Shown: positions 19,834 to 30,147, counted from the stretch's first letter. The stretch: DNA of 64,000 nt from an uncultured Elusimicrobia bacterium (GCA_963702895.1 OY969767.1:1024001-1088000), one strand, 5' to 3'. A program made the numbers and translations. The notes: generated by a model from the sequence alone, not told the origin.

Positions 19834-21415
19834 AATCGCTGTTATCGGGGCAGGCTATTGGGGAAAGAATCTGGTTCGCAACTTTTACGAACTAGGTGTT
19901 TTAAAAACGATCTGTGATCCACATCCAGATGTGCAGAAAAGCTTAAAGTGCTCGTACCCACACTTATTCATGACAACAGATATCAAGACGGTTTTGTCAG
20001 ATCCCGAGGTTGCCGCAGTAGCCATTGCCACACCGGCGGAAAGCCATTTCGATTTAGGGCAACAGGCGCTCCGGGCCGGTAAGCATGTCTTGATGGAAAA
20101 ACCCCTCTGCTTAGAGATTCGACATGCAGAGGCGCTCATCCATTTGGCAGAAGAGCAACAAAAACAGCTCATGGTGGGCCATGTCCTGCATTACCATCCT
20201 GCGATCGTTCGCATGAAAGAGCTCATTCATGCAGGTGAAATTGGTGAATTGCAATACTTCTATTCCAATCGTCTCAATTTGGGCAAATTCCGTGTTGAAG
20301 AGAATATCCTCTGGAGTTTTGCCCCCCATGATATTTCACTCATGCTTTCCTTGATGAAAGAATACCCACAGAACATTCACTGCACCGGAGGCAGTTACCT
20401 CTCTCATCGTATTGCTGATGTCACACTGTGTAGTTTTTCTTTCGCCTCGGGGGTTCGAAGTCATATCTTTGTCTCCTGGTTACACCCCACAAAAGAGCAA
20501 AAAGTGGTTGTTGTCGGCAGCCAAGGCATGTTTGTATTTGATGATGGCGAAGTTCCTGAAAAGAAACTTTCGATCTTTCGACACAAGATTCACTGGAAGA
20601 ATGGACAGCCTGTGCCGGACAGAAATGAGGCTGAAGTCATCCCCCTCGACTGGTCAGAGCCTTTGAAAAATGAATGTCTTGCCTTCTTGTCAGCTATCAA
20701 AAGTAAAGTTGCGCCGATAACCGACGGGCGGGAAGGCTTGCAAACACTACGACTTTTGAACGACTGCCAGGAGTCTTTGACCAGCAACCAAAATATTCAT
20801 CCTGGAGAGCCAAAGTCTGACCTGGAGGATCCCTATATTCACCCGAGCGCTGTTATCGATCTCGGTGTTTCCATTGGCCGAGGCTCAAAAGTCTGGCACT
20901 TTACCCATATTTCTGAGAATGCCAAGATCGGCCAACGATGTTCACTCGGGCAAAACGTCTTCATCGGACGAAATGTCGTCCTGGGCCAAAATGTGAAAGT
21001 CCAAAATAATGTCTCGATCTATGAGAGAGTTGAGATTGAAGACGATGTATTTCTGGGTCCTTCGATGGTCTTTACGAATGTTCTTAATCCTCGATCAGAA
21101 GTCCCTCGGAAGCATGAGTACCGAAAGTCGATCGTCAAAAAAGGAGCAACCATTGGGGCCAACGCCACGATTGTCTGTGGACATACTGTTGGAATGTATG
21201 CGTTTGTGGGTGCAGCGGCTGTCGTGACAAAGGATGTTCCTGATTACGCTCTTGTTTATGGCTCGCCGGCTCAGCAACATGGATGGATGTGTCGATGTGG
21301 CGAAAAGCTGGTGTCAGCATCCAAGCAGGTATGGCATTGCCTCCAGTGCGATGCACGCTATCATGAGAAACATCGCGTGCTGAGTCCTCTATTGCCTGTT
21401 CGAAAAACCAAATAG
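19826..21415 (+). CDS. Fusion of a Gfo/Idh/MocA dehydrogenase (WbpB-like) and a hexapeptide N-acetyltransferase (WbpD-like)
   Basis: [24 protein letters not shown] in the N-terminal part; [46 protein letters not shown] in the C-terminal part. Confidence 0.9.
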   Translation: MVKIAVIGAGYWGKNLVRNFYELGVLKTICDPHPDVQKSLKCSYPHLFMTTDIKTVLSDPEVAAVAIATPAESHFDLGQQALRAGKHVLMEKPLCLEIRHAEALIHLAEEQQKQLMVGHVLHYHPAIVRMKELIHAGEIGELQYFYSNRLNLGKFRVEENILWSFAPHDISLMLSLMKEYPQNIHCTGGSYLSHRIADVTLCSFSFASGVRSHIFVSWLHPTKEQKVVVVGSQGMFVFDDGEVPEKKLSIFRHKIHWKNGQPVPDRNEAEVIPLDWSEPLKNECLAFLSAIKSKVAPITDGREGLQTLRLLNDCQESLTSNQNIHPGEPKSDLEDPYIHPSAVIDLGVSIGRGSKVWHFTHISENAKIGQRCSLGQNVFIGRNVVLGQNVKVQNNVSIYERVEIEDDVFLGPSMVFTNVLNPRSEVPRKHEYRKSIVKKGATIGANATIVCGHTVGMYAFVGAAAVVTKDVPDYALVYGSPAQQHGWMCRCGEKLVSASKQVWHCLQCDARYHEKHRVLSPLLPVRKTK

Positions 21416-21432
21416 ATTGGATTGCCTTTAAT

Positions 21433-23331
21433 ATGTGTGGAATCGTCGGCTTCATACATCCGCAGGAACATCCAGATCAGATCCTGCGCCGCATGATGAC
21501 AAGTATTGCTTATCGAGGCCCAGACGATCGAGGGGAGTTTATTGATCAAAACGTTTGCCTTGGTCACGTGCGGCTTTCGATTATCGATTTGGAAACAGGT
21601 CATCAGCCGATGGCCAACGCAGACCAGAGCGTATGGGTGATCTATAATGGCGAGATTTATAACTATCGAGAGCTCCGCAGCGAACTCGCCGCACGCGGTC
21701 ATCGTTTTATCTCAAAATCCGACACCGAGGTCCTCCTCCACCTTTATGATGTCTATGGTGATCATTGTGTGGATTACCTGAATGGCATGTTTGCATTTAT
21801 CATCTATGATCGTCGACGTCATCGATTGTTTGCGGCAAGAGACCGCTTTGGCATCAAACCGTTTTACTACACAATGCCAAACAACGGTCTCGTCTTCGCA
21901 TCTGAAATAAAGGCTCTTCTCCAACATCCTACCGTGTGTGCCAGAGTGGATCGCCGGGCTCTAGCGGAGTACGTCACGTTGCAGTTCTGCCTGGGGTCGA
22001 AAACGCTCTTCGAAGGGATAAAGAAGCTCGAACCAGCATCCTGTCTATCTTTTGATCTTACGAATGGCAAGCACCGACTGTGGGAATATTGGAGACCGAC
22101 ATCCGAGCATGATCCGATGATCAGCGAGGCTTCCGCTGTTGAACAATTAGACACGCTCCTGCGGGATTCGATAAGATTGCAGCTGAGAAGTGATGTTGCT
22201 CTAGGTACCTCCTTGAGCGGTGGGCTCGACTCCTCGGTGGTGACGTGCCTGGCTGCAGATCTAAGTCCTCGTCCAATTATGACCTTCACAGGAGGTTTTC
22301 GTGAACAAGGCCCGTATGATGAATCTGCCTTCGCCAAGGTGGTGGTGGGCAGCCGAAATAACTTGTTATATCGTGAGGTCTATCCAAGTTCAAGCGATTT
22401 CATAGACGCATTGCCGAAGCTGATTTACCATATGGATGAACCTGCCGCTGGGCCCGGCATCTTTCCCCAGTATATGGTGTCTTCTCTAGCCTCGAAGCAT
22501 GTCAAAGTTGTCTTAGGCGGTCAGGGAGGGGATGAGCTGTTTGGCGGCTATGCCCGTTACTACCTCCTTCATTTGTGGCAGCGGATATCAGAAAGTCTTT
22601 TCCATCCCACAAGGGCGGATCCCCAAGACCTGCTCATGCTTTGGAAGAAGCGAAAGCTGCTCCGCGCTTATCTTCCATCCATCAAGAGGCTCTTTTCCAA
22701 AAGGCAGTGGGGTGAGTCTTGGGCCACACGGTATTTGAGACTTCTGAACCGATCAGAGAAATCAAACATGTATTTTACACCTGACATTGTCGAGCCATCC
22801 TACCGAGCAGACATGGAACAAGAGCTTGAAGCTCTCTTTAATCGCTTCCCAAACAGTTCGCTCTACGAACGCGCGACGTTTCTGGACATGAAAACGCATT
22901 TACCAGCGCTCTTGCAGGTAGAAGACAGGGTCAGTATGGCCGTGTCATTGGAATCGCGTGTTCCGCTTTTGGATCACCGAATTGTCGAGCTGATGGGCAG
23001 ACTATCTTCAGACATCAAGTATAAGCATGGAAACATGAAGCACCTTTACAAAAAATCCGCGAGTAAGATCGTGCCCGCTGCTGTGGTGCAACGTGAAGAC
23101 AAAATGGGATTTCCTGTGCCACTTGTAACCTGGGCGAAGGGGCCCTTGCAGCCTTTTCTGAAAGAGTTGTTCACATCCGCCCCTTCGCGGCAGCGTGGCG
23201 TCTTTAACAACGACCATATCCTCCAAGCGCTCGGACAGGAACATACCTTTGGCCGCGACCTGTGGGGCGCTCTATGTCTTGAGATTTGGTTCAAAACATT
23301 CATCGATCGAAATCCCAAAGAGGAGCTATAA
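21433..23331 (+). CDS. asnB: Second asparagine synthase-like glycan amidotransferase
   Basis: MCGIVG, RGPDD, GHVRLSIIDL, YNGEIYNY, SDTEV, RDRFGIKPFYY, LSGGLDSS, GGDELFGGY, ESRVPLLD. Confidence 0.93.
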   Translation: MCGIVGFIHPQEHPDQILRRMMTSIAYRGPDDRGEFIDQNVCLGHVRLSIIDLETGHQPMANADQSVWVIYNGEIYNYRELRSELAARGHRFISKSDTEVLLHLYDVYGDHCVDYLNGMFAFIIYDRRRHRLFAARDRFGIKPFYYTMPNNGLVFASEIKALLQHPTVCARVDRRALAEYVTLQFCLGSKTLFEGIKKLEPASCLSFDLTNGKHRLWEYWRPTSEHDPMISEASAVEQLDTLLRDSIRLQLRSDVALGTSLSGGLDSSVVTCLAADLSPRPIMTFTGGFREQGPYDESAFAKVVVGSRNNLLYREVYPSSSDFIDALPKLIYHMDEPAAGPGIFPQYMVSSLASKHVKVVLGGQGGDELFGGYARYYLLHLWQRISESLFHPTRADPQDLLMLWKKRKLLRAYLPSIKRLFSKRQWGESWATRYLRLLNRSEKSNMYFTPDIVEPSYRADMEQELEALFNRFPNSSLYERATFLDMKTHLPALLQVEDRVSMAVSLESRVPLLDHRIVELMGRLSSDIKYKHGNMKHLYKKSASKIVPAAVVQREDKMGFPVPLVTWAKGPLQPFLKELFTSAPSRQRGVFNNDHILQALGQEHTFGRDLWGALCLEIWFKTFIDRNPKEEL

Positions 23332-23332
23332 A

Positions 23333-24277
23333 ATGAAAATCTTGATTACGGGAGGAGCTGGATTTATAGGTTCCCATCTTGCCGATCACCTGCTTTCATT
23401 GGGCTACAAGGTGCTCGTGATGGACACTTTTGCGACGGGACGGCGAGATAATCTGACTCAACATACAAACCTGCAGATTGAGGAAGGCAGTATATCGAAC
23501 AAGGCATTTTGTGAAGCCATCTTTGAACAGTTTAAGCCTGAAGTTGTGATTCACGCAGCCGCTTCCTACAAAGACCCTTCGAATTGGGAAGAAGATGCCT
23601 TAACCAATGTCCTGGGCACAACTCATATTGTCAAGAGCTCCCTCAAGAATAACGTTCAACGACTGATCTATTTTCAGACATCTCTATGCTATGGAATGCC
23701 TGCATCTCAACCCATCACCTTAGACCACCCGCTTCACCCCGAAAGCAGCTACGCGATTTCGAAGACCGCCGCGGAGCACTATATCGCTTTGAGTGGCCTA
23801 GACTTTATCTCCTTCCGCCTTGCCAATGTCTTTGGGCCTAGGAACCTGAGTGGGCCCGTCCCCACTTTTTATAACCGCCTACACCAGAAGAAGACGTGTT
23901 TTGTCGTCGATACCCGACGGGACTTCCTCTTCATCAGGGATCTGGTTGAGCTGGTTTCAAAAGCGGTCTTAGGCGAAGGGCGCAAGGGTTATTACCATGT
24001 TTCAAGCGGGAAAGATATTTCCATTCATGAGCTTTACCTGAAAATTGTTCAAGCCATGAGACTAGAGGATTTGCCCCCCGTTGAGATCAGGCCACGTCAG
24101 TCGGATGATGTCCCCTCCATATTGCTCGATCCTTCCAAGACCACGAAGGACTTCGGGTGGGCCACCCAGCATGATTGGCGCGAGGGCGTCAAAGCGGCCG
24201 TTTCCTGGTACCAAACACATCACGTGAACGAGACTTATACGCATCTTGCGGGCGTGCATGCGAAGATCATGTCATAA
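23333..24277 (+). CDS. NAD-dependent epimerase/dehydratase, WbmG/WbmH-like SDR
   Basis: ITGGAGFIGSH, FATGRR, HAAASYKDP..W, YFQTSLCYG, SSYAISK, FRLANV.GPRN.SGP, SILLDPS, YTHL; AGGAG RBS. Confidence 0.85.
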   Translation: MKILITGGAGFIGSHLADHLLSLGYKVLVMDTFATGRRDNLTQHTNLQIEEGSISNKAFCEAIFEQFKPEVVIHAAASYKDPSNWEEDALTNVLGTTHIVKSSLKNNVQRLIYFQTSLCYGMPASQPITLDHPLHPESSYAISKTAAEHYIALSGLDFISFRLANVFGPRNLSGPVPTFYNRLHQKKTCFVVDTRRDFLFIRDLVELVSKAVLGEGRKGYYHVSSGKDISIHELYLKIVQAMRLEDLPPVEIRPRQSDDVPSILLDPSKTTKDFGWATQHDWREGVKAAVSWYQTHHVNETYTHLAGVHAKIMS

Positions 24278-24513
24278 GTTCCTCTCGTCCCTCCAACCAG
24301 AATCCAGCCGCATGCCTGGTCATTTAGCGCCGGACGCCAGGCTCGACGCTGACGGCGAGTTTGATCGCAGGCATTCAATACACAACTTTAGAGGAAGGTA
24401 AACCTACAAAAGGATGGATTGAAGCAAGGGCCCTTCAGGAATCATTCGACGCAGAAATCAGAGGACTTCCTAAACTGCTGAAGAGGCCACCCCCCGCAGG
24501 GATGTGACTCTCA

Positions 24514-25983
24514 TCACTCGGCAGCGATTTTTGGGGTAATAAAGACGATCAGCTCCAGGCGCGTCTTTCTTTTGTTGACGCTCTTAAAGAGATAACCCAA
24601 TATCGGGATCGACATGAGGAAGGGTATGCCCGTGACCTCGTCGTCCTCTTGCTCTTTGATTAAGCCGCCGATGGCAATGGTTTCCCCATCGCGAAGGACA
24701 ACGGTGGTATCCGCATTACGCGTGTTCACGGTTGGCGGCAAGGTCGCACTTCCCGTCCCCTTGGGGTTGCTCACTTCGGGCTTAACTTTAAGCGTAATCC
24801 TGCGGTCTGCGTTGACCGTGGGTTTAACCGTTAATTTAACTCCGGCTGTAACGAATTGGACGCTTTCCTGGACTGTACTGTTGGTCACGGTCTGGACTTT
24901 ATAAGGGATCTGGTCGGAAACATTGATCGTGGCTTCCTGATTGTTCGTTGTCACAATGTGCGGAGAAGACAAGACCTTCGCCTTCCCTTTTGTTGCTAAA
25001 GCGGAGATTTGCGCTGAGAGAAGGTATGTTCCTTGCTGTGTAAGGAATGAAAATCCAACGGATTTGGGACCTGCAAGGTTGACGCCTGTGCCCCCATCAT
25101 CCCCAGGGCCAAGGACCTTTACGCCCGTGTTATCGGTTGGCGGTACTAATCCCCCAAACTTTCCTACTGAATTCTGCGACACCCCGATCCGATAATCGTC
25201 ATCCTGTCCGGTGTTTCCGGCATACGCCCAGCTGATGCCTGCTGCGAATTGATCGTCCAGTGCAACCTCTACGATTTTGGATTCAATATCAACCTGCTGA
25301 GGCTTTTTGTCTAGAACAGGGATGAGATCTTCGATTTCTTTTAGGCCTTCAATGGTGTCTGTGATGATCAGCGAATTGGTCTTGACGTCAACCGTGGACA
25401 CACCTTTTCGTGAAGCAGACGATCGGATAGAATCGATCGGTTTTTTCACATCCTCGGCAAGCGCATAGTTTAAGCGAAAGACGCGGGTGAACGTGGTAGC
25501 CTGCGATTGCTCCGTTGTCAAGGTGCTTGATGTGACGACGCGGATGATCTTGGGGCCCAGAGGGAGTGCGACCAAGGATTTGAGAGTGAGGATCGTTTGG
25601 AAAGCTTGATCAAAAGGGACTTTATCAAGATGCAGTGTGATGGGCCCCGTCACGTCTGTTCCGTAAATGATGTTCAGTCCAGACTTGAGGGCCATCAGAT
25701 GGAGCACATCTTTAACGTCAGCATCCTGGAAATCCATCGTCATCGTCTGTTTTGGGAGCGTAATGCCACCCATCACCAGCTTTGGAGGTGTGCTTGATGC
25801 GATCTCGATGCCTTCTGAAGAGTTTGATGCCTGGTTTGCTGTGACACCCATAGCTTCAGATGCATTTGTGGTGTCTCGTCCCACCCCTTGATCATCGATT
25901 TCTGCCCAGCCTATATTGATGGACTGAGTGAGCATGCACAGCGATAACAGAAATCTGATACTAATACTTTTCGCGTTTATCAT
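24514..25983 (-). CDS. pilQ: Type IV pilus secretin
   Basis: Signal peptide; MDFQDADVKDVL, VPFDQAF, TNSLII, QVDIESKIVEV, LSSPHIVTTNNQEA, IAIGGLI, GIPFLMSIPILGYLFK, ELIVFITPKI. Confidence 0.92.
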   Translation of the reverse strand: MINAKSISIRFLLSLCMLTQSINIGWAEIDDQGVGRDTTNASEAMGVTANQASNSSEGIEIASSTPPKLVMGGITLPKQTMTMDFQDADVKDVLHLMALKSGLNIIYGTDVTGPITLHLDKVPFDQAFQTILTLKSLVALPLGPKIIRVVTSSTLTTEQSQATTFTRVFRLNYALAEDVKKPIDSIRSSASRKGVSTVDVKTNSLIITDTIEGLKEIEDLIPVLDKKPQQVDIESKIVEVALDDQFAAGISWAYAGNTGQDDDYRIGVSQNSVGKFGGLVPPTDNTGVKVLGPGDDGGTGVNLAGPKSVGFSFLTQQGTYLLSAQISALATKGKAKVLSSPHIVTTNNQEATINVSDQIPYKVQTVTNSTVQESVQFVTAGVKLTVKPTVNADRRITLKVKPEVSNPKGTGSATLPPTVNTRNADTTVVLRDGETIAIGGLIKEQEDDEVTGIPFLMSIPILGYLFKSVNKRKTRLELIVFITPKIAAE

Positions 25984-26004
25984 AAGATCCTCCCATGTCC
26001 CCTC

Positions 26005-26481
26005 TTACAAGGTCGACTTGGTTTTAATTTCCCGGACTGTGCGGTCGGCTCCAATGATCACAACGCTTTCCGTTTTGATCACTCCCGCAATCTTTTTGAC
26101 CATTCTGTTGCGGCCGTCGTAGAGCCTTCCGCCTTTCAAAATATAACTGTTCGCGCCGCTGGTCAAAAGCGCCATCCTGCCGCGGGCGTCTTGGACAATG
26201 CCTTTAAGTAAGAGCGAGGCGATCTGTGGGGGGCGCTCCAAACCGGACTGGTCTACGCGGAAATCTCCTGTAAGCGGGATGAAGGGGTCACGATACCTGT
26301 CCCCGTAATAGGAATAGGTCTTATAGCGAGGCGTAGCAGAAGCCGCTGGATCCAATTTCGAAGATGCGGCCGGGGTTTGAATGGATTTTTCAGACCCTGG
26401 AGCGCCGAAGCAAATGGAATTCGTGCTGAGCCCAATCGAAAGGATGAGGAGTTTGACGATCATGATCTTGTTATTGTTCAT
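26005..26481 (-). CDS. pilP: PilP-like pilus assembly protein
   Basis: Lies between pilO and pilQ; YRDPFIPL and L.LKGIV...ALL motifs; ATG 26481 overlaps the pilO end. Confidence 0.65.
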   Translation of the reverse strand: MNNNKIMIVKLLILSIGLSTNSICFGAPGSEKSIQTPAASSKLDPAASATPRYKTYSYYGDRYRDPFIPLTGDFRVDQSGLERPPQIASLLLKGIVQDARGRMALLTSGANSYILKGGRLYDGRNRMVKKIAGVIKTESVVIIGADRTVREIKTKSTL

Positions 26482-27025
26482 TGTATTTGAATGATACAAG
26501 TGTGAAGGAGGCATTGACCGTTTTAGAAGGATCAGTCTTCGTGGCCGCGCCATTTAAGGTCAGGTTCCGAGCGGCAAAAAGACGATCTCCTTTGCCCATG
26601 GCTGTTAAAAAGTGCCCGATACTATGCAAGGAGGACGTTGCTGTGATCTCGTACGGGATCTCCTCATAGAGGCCTTTGGACACGGCCTTCGATGGTCGAA
26701 GGGCGGTCAAGGTCACATTATTGGCTTCAGCGCGGTGAGTCAGAACGCGAATGAGCGAAGGAAGTTCTCTTGTTTTAGGTAATTGCTTCTCCAATTCAGC
26801 AACATCGACCTGCAAGGAGGCCATTTCAGCTTGGATCCTGCTGAGCTGGTTCGCGCGGGCCTTCGCTGCCTCCAATTTCGTTTGTAATTCGGCCTTTGAA
26901 GCAAGATCGACGGCTATTGCTTTCGAAACGGGTGTATAGACCAGGGTCCAGTAGCTGTAGCAAACGATGCCAAAGAGGAGCGCAGATAACCCTGCAATAA
27001 TCGCTTTATGATTTTTTAGCGGCAT
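26471..27025 (-). CDS. pilO: Type IV pilus assembly protein PilO
   Basis: N-terminal TM, coiled coil, QLPKTRELPSLI, YEEIPYEI. Confidence 0.85.
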   Translation of the reverse strand: MPLKNHKAIIAGLSALLFGIVCYSYWTLVYTPVSKAIAVDLASKAELQTKLEAAKARANQLSRIQAEMASLQVDVAELEKQLPKTRELPSLIRVLTHRAEANNVTLTALRPSKAVSKGLYEEIPYEITATSSLHSIGHFLTAMGKGDRLFAARNLTLNGAATKTDPSKTVNASFTLVSFKYNEQ

Positions 27026-27596
27026 CCGTTGGTTGCTCGGCTTTCTTATAGTTGGTGGTGATGCGAAAGGTCATGGTTTGTGTGCCGGTCTGTGATTGAC
27101 TAATCGCGATGGCCCCCAAGTCGACTTCAGAGAATAATTGCGAGGCTTCGAGGTTCGAAACGAGGTCCGCAATGGCATAGCTATCCAGTGCCGCCACATC
27201 CATATTGACCATGAGGGTATTCGTATTGCCTTGATGCGTTGTGATGACGTTGGTCATCCAGACATTATTTGGAATTAATTTCACGAAATCATCAAAAAAC
27301 TGCGGGTAACGAAGCCTTTCACTTTCCAGTTGCTGGATGATGCTCTTCTTTTGGGTCAGCTGGGCCTTTGCGCCTTCCAATGCTTCGACTTGCTTGATGA
27401 TAGGCGCATAAGTTTCGAGCTCATTCTTGATGGAAGACACTTCGCTCTGTAGCTTCTTCCGATCTGCCATCTTCTTAATATGAAAAGGAACGAGCAACAT
27501 CGCTAGAAGGATGACAGGAACCGATATAGGGATGGCTGGGTTGACCCGACTAGGAGCAGCCTCAAGTCCGGCCGGTAAGAGGTTGATTCGAATCAT
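27006..27596 (-). CDS. pilN: Type IV pilus assembly protein PilN
   Basis: MIRINLLP motif, TM, coiled coil, IPNNVWMT, NLEASQLFSEV. Confidence 0.88.
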   Translation of the reverse strand: MIRINLLPAGLEAAPSRVNPAIPISVPVILLAMLLVPFHIKKMADRKKLQSEVSSIKNELETYAPIIKQVEALEGAKAQLTQKKSIIQQLESERLRYPQFFDDFVKLIPNNVWMTNVITTHQGNTNTLMVNMDVAALDSYAIADLVSNLEASQLFSEVDLGAIAISQSQTGTQTMTFRITTNYKKAEQPTDAAKKS

Positions 27597-28714
27597 ACCG
27601 AACCATCCCCTTCGCGGCGGGTAGCCAAGCCAACCGCGACAGCCATCTGCGGGAGAATGGCTTTTTGCTCCTCAGAAAGGTCGGACGGGGCATTGGCCAA
27701 AAGAGAAAGAGGGTTGAAGAGCTCGACTGGAATCTTGAGTTCATTGGCGAGAAATTTGTCCAAAGATTTTAAATTCGCGCTCCCGCCGCACAAGAAGATT
27801 TTGCTCACCGATCGATCCGTTCCTTGAGAGAGGTAAAAATCGATGGAGCGTTGAACCTCGGCGACCAGGTCCCGTGCGATGGGCATCAGAACTTCATTGA
27901 CTTGCTGGGCTTCCGGGTCGGAAAGGTTTTCCGTGAGGCCGTGGATGAACTTTTTCTGGTCCGCTGTTTTGGTATCACACTGAAATTGTTGCTGGATGGC
28001 TTTCGTGAAGGTATTTCCGGAGATAAAGACATCACGAACGACTCGACTAATTCCCCTTTCAACGATGGACATATTGGTGAAACTGGCACCAATATTCATG
28101 AAGAGAACGGTATCGGATTGCGAGGAAGGATAGACAGATTCGTACGCGCTCTCCAAAGCAAAAGCATCGACGTCCAGGATAACGGGAGTCAGTCCCGCCT
28201 CGCGGAGCAGGTCCACGCGCAAATCGACGGAGTCCTTTTTGGCAGCGACAAGGACCGTTTCAATTTGAGGCTGGCCGTTCTCGTTGCTTTCACCGAGAAT
28301 CGAAAAACTAAGATTGACTTCGTCAATATTGAATGGGATATAGGGTTCTGCTTCAAATTTGATCGATTTGGCGAGTTCGGATGGGGATGTTTTCGCCATC
28401 TTTACGTATCGGACGATGACCGAATTGCCACTGACGGAGGCAACGGCTTTTTGGGTTGGGAAATCGGCCGTTCTCAAATAGTTTTGCAGGGCGCTGACCG
28501 CTTGTGAGCGACGATCGATGAGCGGGGTGTCCAGTGGGATGTCCTCGGCGTAAGGGATGATCCCCCATCTCACGAGAGACCATTGAGAGCCACTTTTTTT
28601 AAGGCAGACAAGCTTGATCGTGCAGGTTCCAATGTCGATACCTACAAGATCTTGCTTCCGTCTAAAAAAACGAAGCCCTTTGATGGCTTGTAAAGAGATC
28701 ATCTTTTTGTCCAA
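27593..28714 (-). CDS. pilM: Type IV pilus assembly protein PilM
   Basis: VGIDIG, FEAEPYIPF, VLLVAAKK, DVDAFAL, NIGAS, EVQRSIDFY, LCGGSA, VAVGLA. Confidence 0.93.
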   Translation of the reverse strand: MDKKMISLQAIKGLRFFRRKQDLVGIDIGTCTIKLVCLKKSGSQWSLVRWGIIPYAEDIPLDTPLIDRRSQAVSALQNYLRTADFPTQKAVASVSGNSVIVRYVKMAKTSPSELAKSIKFEAEPYIPFNIDEVNLSFSILGESNENGQPQIETVLVAAKKDSVDLRVDLLREAGLTPVILDVDAFALESAYESVYPSSQSDTVLFMNIGASFTNMSIVERGISRVVRDVFISGNTFTKAIQQQFQCDTKTADQKKFIHGLTENLSDPEAQQVNEVLMPIARDLVAEVQRSIDFYLSQGTDRSVSKIFLCGGSANLKSLDKFLANELKIPVELFNPLSLLANAPSDLSEEQKAILPQMAVAVGLATRREGDGSV

Positions 28715-28730
28715 TTATCAATCCGAACTT

Positions 28731-28759
28731 AATCTAACAGGCCTATCCCCTATTGTCAA
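28731..28759 (-). promoter_or_regulatory. Sigma70-like promoter for pilMNOPQ
   Basis: Minus strand TTGACA(28759-54)-17 nt-TAGATT(28736-31), overlapping the 3' end of pilD. Confidence 0.55.
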
Positions 28760-29552
28760 GGGAAATTAAGGGTAATAAACTTTCCTTAAATAATAGCGGC
28801 CAAATGCCCGGGAAAAGGCTCGTGAGGTAGGCGCCAAGACTCAGGAAAGGTCCGAAGGGAAGTGTCTCTCCCAGTTTTTTCTTCCGAGACAGAAGGAGTA
28901 CGAGTCCCACAAGCCCACCGGTTAAGGAGCCGACCAAAAGGGGCCCGTAAATTCCGCGCCACCCTAAGACAGCAGCGGTGGCGGCAATGAGTTTGATATC
29001 TCCGCCCCCCAGTGCTTCCTTCTTAAAGAGCTTTTCCCCACACCAGGCGATGAAGAACATGAGCAAGCCCCCCGCGAGCGCCGAGCAGGAGCTGGAAAGA
29101 AATTTCTTCAGCAGAGGTCCTTGAAAGTAGGGGTTGACGGCTGATCCGATAATGCCGATGAAGAGGAGCGAGAGGGTGAGTTCGTCGGGAAGAATGTAAT
29201 AGAAGTAATCGATGATGGATAATGTCAGGAGCACAAAAGCAAGAATGTTCACGACGATCAACCGGTCTAATTCATTTCGAAATAGCCATGAATGAAATAC
29301 AAAGAGGCTGGCCATGAGGAGTTCGACAAGAGGATATTGCCACGAGATGAGGCAATGACAATGAAGACAACGCATGCGGAGGATGAAGAAACTTAGAACG
29401 GGAATGTTGTGGAGGAAAGGAATTGGTTCTTTACATTTGGGGCAATAAGAACGTGGTCTAAAAAGAGATTGAGATTGAGGGAGCCGAAAGATACAAACGT
29501 TGGCAAAACTGCCAAGCGATAAACCGAGAAGGCTGTTGATGAGATAGATCAC
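28743..29552 (-). CDS. pilD: Prepilin peptidase / N-methyltransferase
   Basis: GSFANVCIFRLP, RSYCPKC, NIPVLSF, RCLHC, YPLVE, IID....LPD, GGGDIKL, PFGPFL. Confidence 0.92.
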   Translation of the reverse strand: MIYLINSLLGLSLGSFANVCIFRLPQSQSLFRPRSYCPKCKEPIPFLHNIPVLSFFILRMRCLHCHCLISWQYPLVELLMASLFVFHSWLFRNELDRLIVVNILAFVLLTLSIIDYFYYILPDELTLSLLFIGIIGSAVNPYFQGPLLKKFLSSSCSALAGGLLMFFIAWCGEKLFKKEALGGGDIKLIAATAAVLGWRGIYGPLLVGSLTGGLVGLVLLLSRKKKLGETLPFGPFLSLGAYLTSLFPGIWPLLFKESLLPLISLDNRG

Positions 29553-29621
29553 GTTATATCAAGAACGAAATGTTTCTGGTTCTTGGACGAACCGAAGCTT
29601 TCATGGGATCTCTTTAAGGAC

Positions 29622-29661
29622 ACCAAATAAAGCGGCCGCCAAGGTAATTGGCGGCCGCTTT
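29622..29661 (-). terminator. Intrinsic terminator downstream of pilA
   Basis: Perfect 14-bp inverted repeat AAAGCGGCCGCCAA-N5-TTGGCGGCCGCTTT (29629-29661); the minus strand reads TTTATTT after the GC core. Confidence 0.75.
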
Positions 29662-29687
29662 CGATGCCACTGAATCCTATCGACGAC

Positions 29688-30140
29688 TTAGTACGATGTC
29701 CATTGCGTGCTACGAAGGTCTCGGTGACTGCAATTGACGCGCACACTCCCCCACGTGATCCCGCCTTGCGAGTTATCGTAATACCAACCACCAGCATCTC
29801 CCATAGCACTGACTTCATCAGGAATGGAAGGGTGGCCAGTATTATTGGTCGTTTTCGGCAGGTCTGAGTTCGGTACAACTTGCAGGTACTTGCCCGCTAT
29901 CGTAAGCGCAGCAAGGTTGGTAGTTGTTGCACCTGTAGGGTACCAGCCTTCTGTGTCTCCATAATAAATGGAGAGCGCTGAACGAATCGTACCGAGGTTT
30001 GCCTTGGTTCGGCCTTCTTGTGATTTGGCAACCAAGCTCGCGAACTGCGGGATTGCGATGGCTGCCAGGATACCAATGATAGCAACGACGATCATCAGCT
30101 CGATCAAGGTAAACCCTCTGGACAATTTCTTTTTGTTCAT
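29688..30140 (-). CDS. pilA: Type IV pilin (probable major pilin)
   Basis: Class III signal MNKKKLSRG/FTLIELMIVVAIIGILAAIAIPQF; own promoter, strong SD and terminator. Confidence 0.88.
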   Translation of the reverse strand: MNKKKLSRGFTLIELMIVVAIIGILAAIAIPQFASLVAKSQEGRTKANLGTIRSALSIYYGDTEGWYPTGATTTNLAALTIAGKYLQVVPNSDLPKTTNNTGHPSIPDEVSAMGDAGGWYYDNSQGGITWGSVRVNCSHRDLRSTQWTSY

Positions 30141-30147
30141 TAGTTTT

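Noticed and set aside
24278..24513. Possible ncRNA or short ORF in the convergent intergenic region
   Set aside because: Only short imperfect stems and a roughly 48-codon TTG ORF without SD; no recognisable family
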